Shown here in pieces: positions 48,765 to 51,440 of a DNA stretch of 51,440 bases (positions are counted from its first letter, which is position 1; the number at the start of each line of letters is the position of its first letter). The translations under genes and the position numbers were made by a program. Origin of the DNA: an uncultured Bacilli bacterium. GTDB lineage: Bacteria; Bacillota_I; Bacilli_A; RF39; UBA660. The notes under the pieces were generated by a model. That model saw only the letters and a program-made list of their open reading frames with translations, searched no databases and was not told the origin of the DNA. The stretch covers positions 1 through 51,440 of the forward strand of contig CALVYB010000002.1 of assembly GCA_944371955.1 (NCBI GenBank), given 5' to 3'.

Positions 48765-48801
48765 TTTCTAATCTCCTTTTATAATTTTTTCTTATTTTAT
48801 A

Positions 48802-51294
48802 CTACTTTCCACAGCATTGTTTATATTTCTTCCCTGAGCCACATGGGCATAAATCATTTCTTCCTATTTTTTTTACTCTTTTTGGAGTCTTTTTTGCGGG
48901 CTCTTTACCCCCTTCGTTAGTTATCTTCTTTTTAACTACTTCTTTACGTTCTATATTTTGTCTGATTTCTGCTCTTAATAGAAAAGTTGTTACATCTTTG
49001 TCTATTTTTTGTAGCATCTCATCAAACATATCATATCCTTCCATAGTATAGGCACGAAGTGGATCTTCTTGGGCATAACCTCTTAAATGTATTCCCTCTC
49101 TTAAATGAGACATTGTATTGATGTGCTCCATCCAATAGTTATCTACTACTTGTAAAGTTATTGCTTTTTCGAATTCATCTGTTACTTCTTCTGGAATTTC
49201 TTTTATTTTTTCTTCATATTCTGCGGTAACTTTTTTCACAAGTACATCTATAACATCTTCTTCTGATAATCCTTCAATATCTGTTTGTTTTATATCTTTT
49301 TTTAGTAGATTTTCATTTATATAGTCTGTAATTTCTTCATAATCTTCTTTATTCAATTCACCGGTTGGTGCTAAATGGGATTTTACTAAATCTTCTATGT
49401 GATGGCGGAAAGTGTCTAATACCATTTCATGAATTGATTCACTATCTAGTATTTTATTCCTTTTTGCATACATAATTTCTCTTTGATCATTCATTACATC
49501 GTCATATTGTAGCAATTGCTTACGAATATCAAAATTATTTCCTTCTACTCGTTTTTGAGCTGTTCCAATAGATCGCGTAAATGTTTTACTTTGTATTGCG
49601 TGTTCACCAAGCCCCATAGACTTCATCATTTCTCCAATTCTATCAGAACCAAAGCGAATCATTAAATCATCTTTCATAGATACAAAAAATTGAGTATATC
49701 CAGGATCTCCTTGTCGTCCAGAACGACCACGTAACTGATTATCAATACGGCGAGATTCATGGCGTTCAGTACCAACTACACAAAGTCCGCCCAGCTTTCT
49801 GATATCATCAGATAATTTAATATCGGTACCACGTCCAGCCATATTTGTTGCAATGGTCACTGACTTTTGTTGGCCTATTTTAGAAATAATTTCTGCTTCG
49901 CGAGCATGATTTTTTGCATTTAATACTTCATGTGGAATATGAGCCTTCTTTAGTAAATCGCTAATCAACTCACTCGTTTCGATTGCAATTGTACCAATTA
50001 AAACGGGCTGTCCCTTTTCGTATCGTTCTTTTACAAATTGAATAATAGCTCTATATTTTGCTTCTTTAGTTGCATATACCAAATCTGGGGCATCTATACG
50101 AATTACCTCTTTATTTGTTGGTATTTCTATAACATACATGTTATAGATGTTTCTAAATTCTTCTTCTTCTGTTTTGGCAGTACCTGTCATACCTGATAAT
50201 TTTTTATACATTCTAAATAAATTTTGAAATGTTATTGTAGCAAGAGTTTTAGTTTCTTGATTGATTGTTACGCCTTCTTTTGCTTCTATTGCCTGATGAA
50301 GTCCATCTGAATAAGCACGTCCTGTCATCAAACGTCCGGTAAATTGATCAACAATTACTACTTCATCATCTTGTACTACATAATCAACATCTCTCTTCAT
50401 TGCATAATTGGCACGTAATGCTTGATTTATATAATGAACCAACGAAGCATTTTCTATATCATAAAGATTTTTAATATGAAAAGACTTTTCAGCTTTTTCA
50501 CTCCCCTTTTCAGTTAGCGTTACAGCTTTTGTCTTTTCATCATATACATAATCATCTTCTACCTTCAATGATTTTGCAAAATGGTCAGCATCTAAATATA
50601 AATCGGCGCTGTTCATTTGCCCCCCCGAAATAATCAAAGGGGTTCTCGCTTCATCTATTAATACTGAATCCACTTCATCAATAATGGCAAAATTCAAAGG
50701 TCTTTGAACTCGATCTTCTTTTCTAATCACCATATTATCTCTTAGATAATCAAAACCAATTTCGTTATTAGTAGAATATAAAATATCACAGTTATACGCT
50801 TCTTGTTTTTCTTTTGCACTTAATTCTCTAGTGTTAACTCCAACTGTCAATCCTAGGAAGCGATAAATATCTCCCATCCACTGTGCATCACGACTGGCTA
50901 AATATTCATTAACTGTAATAACATGCACCCCTTCTCCTGTTAAAGCATTTAAATATCCAGGAAGCACGCATGTTAAAGTTTTTCCTTCTCCTGTTTTCAT
51001 TTCAGCAATATTACCGTAATGAATTGCTAAACCACCAAGGATTTGTACATAGAAATGCTTTTCTCCCAAAACACGAAAAGATGCTTCTCTTGCTGTAGCA
51101 AAAGCTTCTACTAAAATGTCCTCTAGTGTTTCTCCGTTTTGTAATCTTTCTTTGAATTCTTCTGTCTTAGCCTTTAATTCTGTATCTGTTAATTTAGAAT
51201 ATTCTTCATCTAAATCCATTATTTTGTCAGCTAAAGTTTCAAATCTTTTTAGTTCTTTATATTCATGATCAAAAATTTTTCTTAATAATTTCAT
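48802..51294 (-). CDS. secA: Preprotein translocase ATPase SecA
   Basis: 830-aa ORF, 'MKTGEGKT', DEAD-like 'IIDEVDS', C-terminal zinc finger 'CPCGSGKKYKQCCGK'. Confidence 0.98.
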   Translation of the reverse strand: MKLLRKIFDHEYKELKRFETLADKIMDLDEEYSKLTDTELKAKTEEFKERLQNGETLEDILVEAFATAREASFRVLGEKHFYVQILGGLAIHYGNIAEMKTGEGKTLTCVLPGYLNALTGEGVHVITVNEYLASRDAQWMGDIYRFLGLTVGVNTRELSAKEKQEAYNCDILYSTNNEIGFDYLRDNMVIRKEDRVQRPLNFAIIDEVDSVLIDEARTPLIISGGQMNSADLYLDADHFAKSLKVEDDYVYDEKTKAVTLTEKGSEKAEKSFHIKNLYDIENASLVHYINQALRANYAMKRDVDYVVQDDEVVIVDQFTGRLMTGRAYSDGLHQAIEAKEGVTINQETKTLATITFQNLFRMYKKLSGMTGTAKTEEEEFRNIYNMYVIEIPTNKEVIRIDAPDLVYATKEAKYRAIIQFVKERYEKGQPVLIGTIAIETSELISDLLKKAHIPHEVLNAKNHAREAEIISKIGQQKSVTIATNMAGRGTDIKLSDDIRKLGGLCVVGTERHESRRIDNQLRGRSGRQGDPGYTQFFVSMKDDLMIRFGSDRIGEMMKSMGLGEHAIQSKTFTRSIGTAQKRVEGNNFDIRKQLLQYDDVMNDQREIMYAKRNKILDSESIHEMVLDTFRHHIEDLVKSHLAPTGELNKEDYEEITDYINENLLKKDIKQTDIEGLSEEDVIDVLVKKVTAEYEEKIKEIPEEVTDEFEKAITLQVVDNYWMEHINTMSHLREGIHLRGYAQEDPLRAYTMEGYDMFDEMLQKIDKDVTTFLLRAEIRQNIERKEVVKKKITNEGGKEPAKKTPKRVKKIGRNDLCPCGSGKKYKQCCGK

Positions 51295-51333
51295 TCTGAC
51301 ATCTCCTTAACTATCTATTCTATCAAAAAAAAA

Positions 51334-51357
51334 GAAAGAATAAAAGATTATTCTTCC
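51334..51357 (-). terminator. Hairpin flanked by A9/T5 immediately upstream of secA. Likely the terminator of the preceding off-window gene.
   Basis: Stem gaaagaataa/ttattcttcc (one mismatch). T9 follows on the minus strand. Confidence 0.45.
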
Positions 51358-51440
51358 TTTTTCCAGGATAAACGCATGAAAATTTAAATCATGTGTTTTT
51401 TTCTAGCAATTTTGCGATATCATTTGTATTTAGTAGCTTA

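Noticed and set aside
1-51440. Whole-window search by eye for CRISPR arrays, tRNA/rRNA genes, IS elements or transposases, integrases, phage genes, toxin-antitoxin pairs, and known defence-system hallmarks.
   Set aside because: None were seen. There are no regularly spaced direct repeats, no tRNA-like T-arm sequences, and no recombinase-like ORFs. The AAA ATPase (20956..22233) is the only protein with a vaguely defence-like architecture. It is a lone gene with no nuclease or methylase partner.

Overview
This is a visibly AT-rich, low-GC Bacillota-type chromosome segment. It consists almost entirely of core housekeeping genes, and 61 of the 64 called CDS are on the minus strand. TGA acts as a stop codon, as shown by the RF2 frameshift site, and spo0A and whiA are present, so this is a Clostridia/Erysipelotrichia-like lineage rather than a Mollicute.

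Gene order, reading the minus strand from the high-coordinate end:
- secA, then a roughly 4 kb mixed-orientation islet (two NUDIX hydrolases, a Q/N-tailed membrane protein, tsaC, an amine-dehydrogenase-like gene).
- prfB with its programmed +1 frameshift, two tandem YitT paralogs, and ftsE-ftsX plus a coiled-coil M23 peptidase.
- A Cof-type HAD phosphatase, then uvrB, a radical SAM/SPASM gene, and uvrA.
- lgt, yvcK, whiA and clpP (+).
- A TGS/uridine-kinase fusion, then gap-pgk-orf163-tpiA, spo0A, a COG1373-like AAA ATPase and gpmI.
- An XRE regulator (+) divergent from dinB.
- The complete S10-spc-alpha ribosomal operon (rpsJ to rplQ, without rpmD).
- An SDR, two degenerate EcfA-like ATPases, and truA.

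I found no rRNA, tRNA, CRISPR array, transposase, integrase or phage genes, and I cannot point to a clear-cut new multi-gene system.

The observations most worth a second look are:
1. A radical SAM/SPASM enzyme translationally coupled to uvrB.
2. An EcfA-EcfA pair that has lost its catalytic motifs and its EcfT partner.
3. A glycolytic operon broken up by an unknown 163-aa ORF, spo0A and an AAA ATPase.
4. An exact 10-mer, CGAACAAATG (a Cheo/LexA-like half site), found three times and only in intergenic DNA (uvrA, dinB/XRE, membrane-protein gene).
5. An orphan plus-strand hairpin plus terminator upstream of prfB, which is a candidate small RNA.

All functional calls come from reading motifs and synteny by eye. 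No database search was run.
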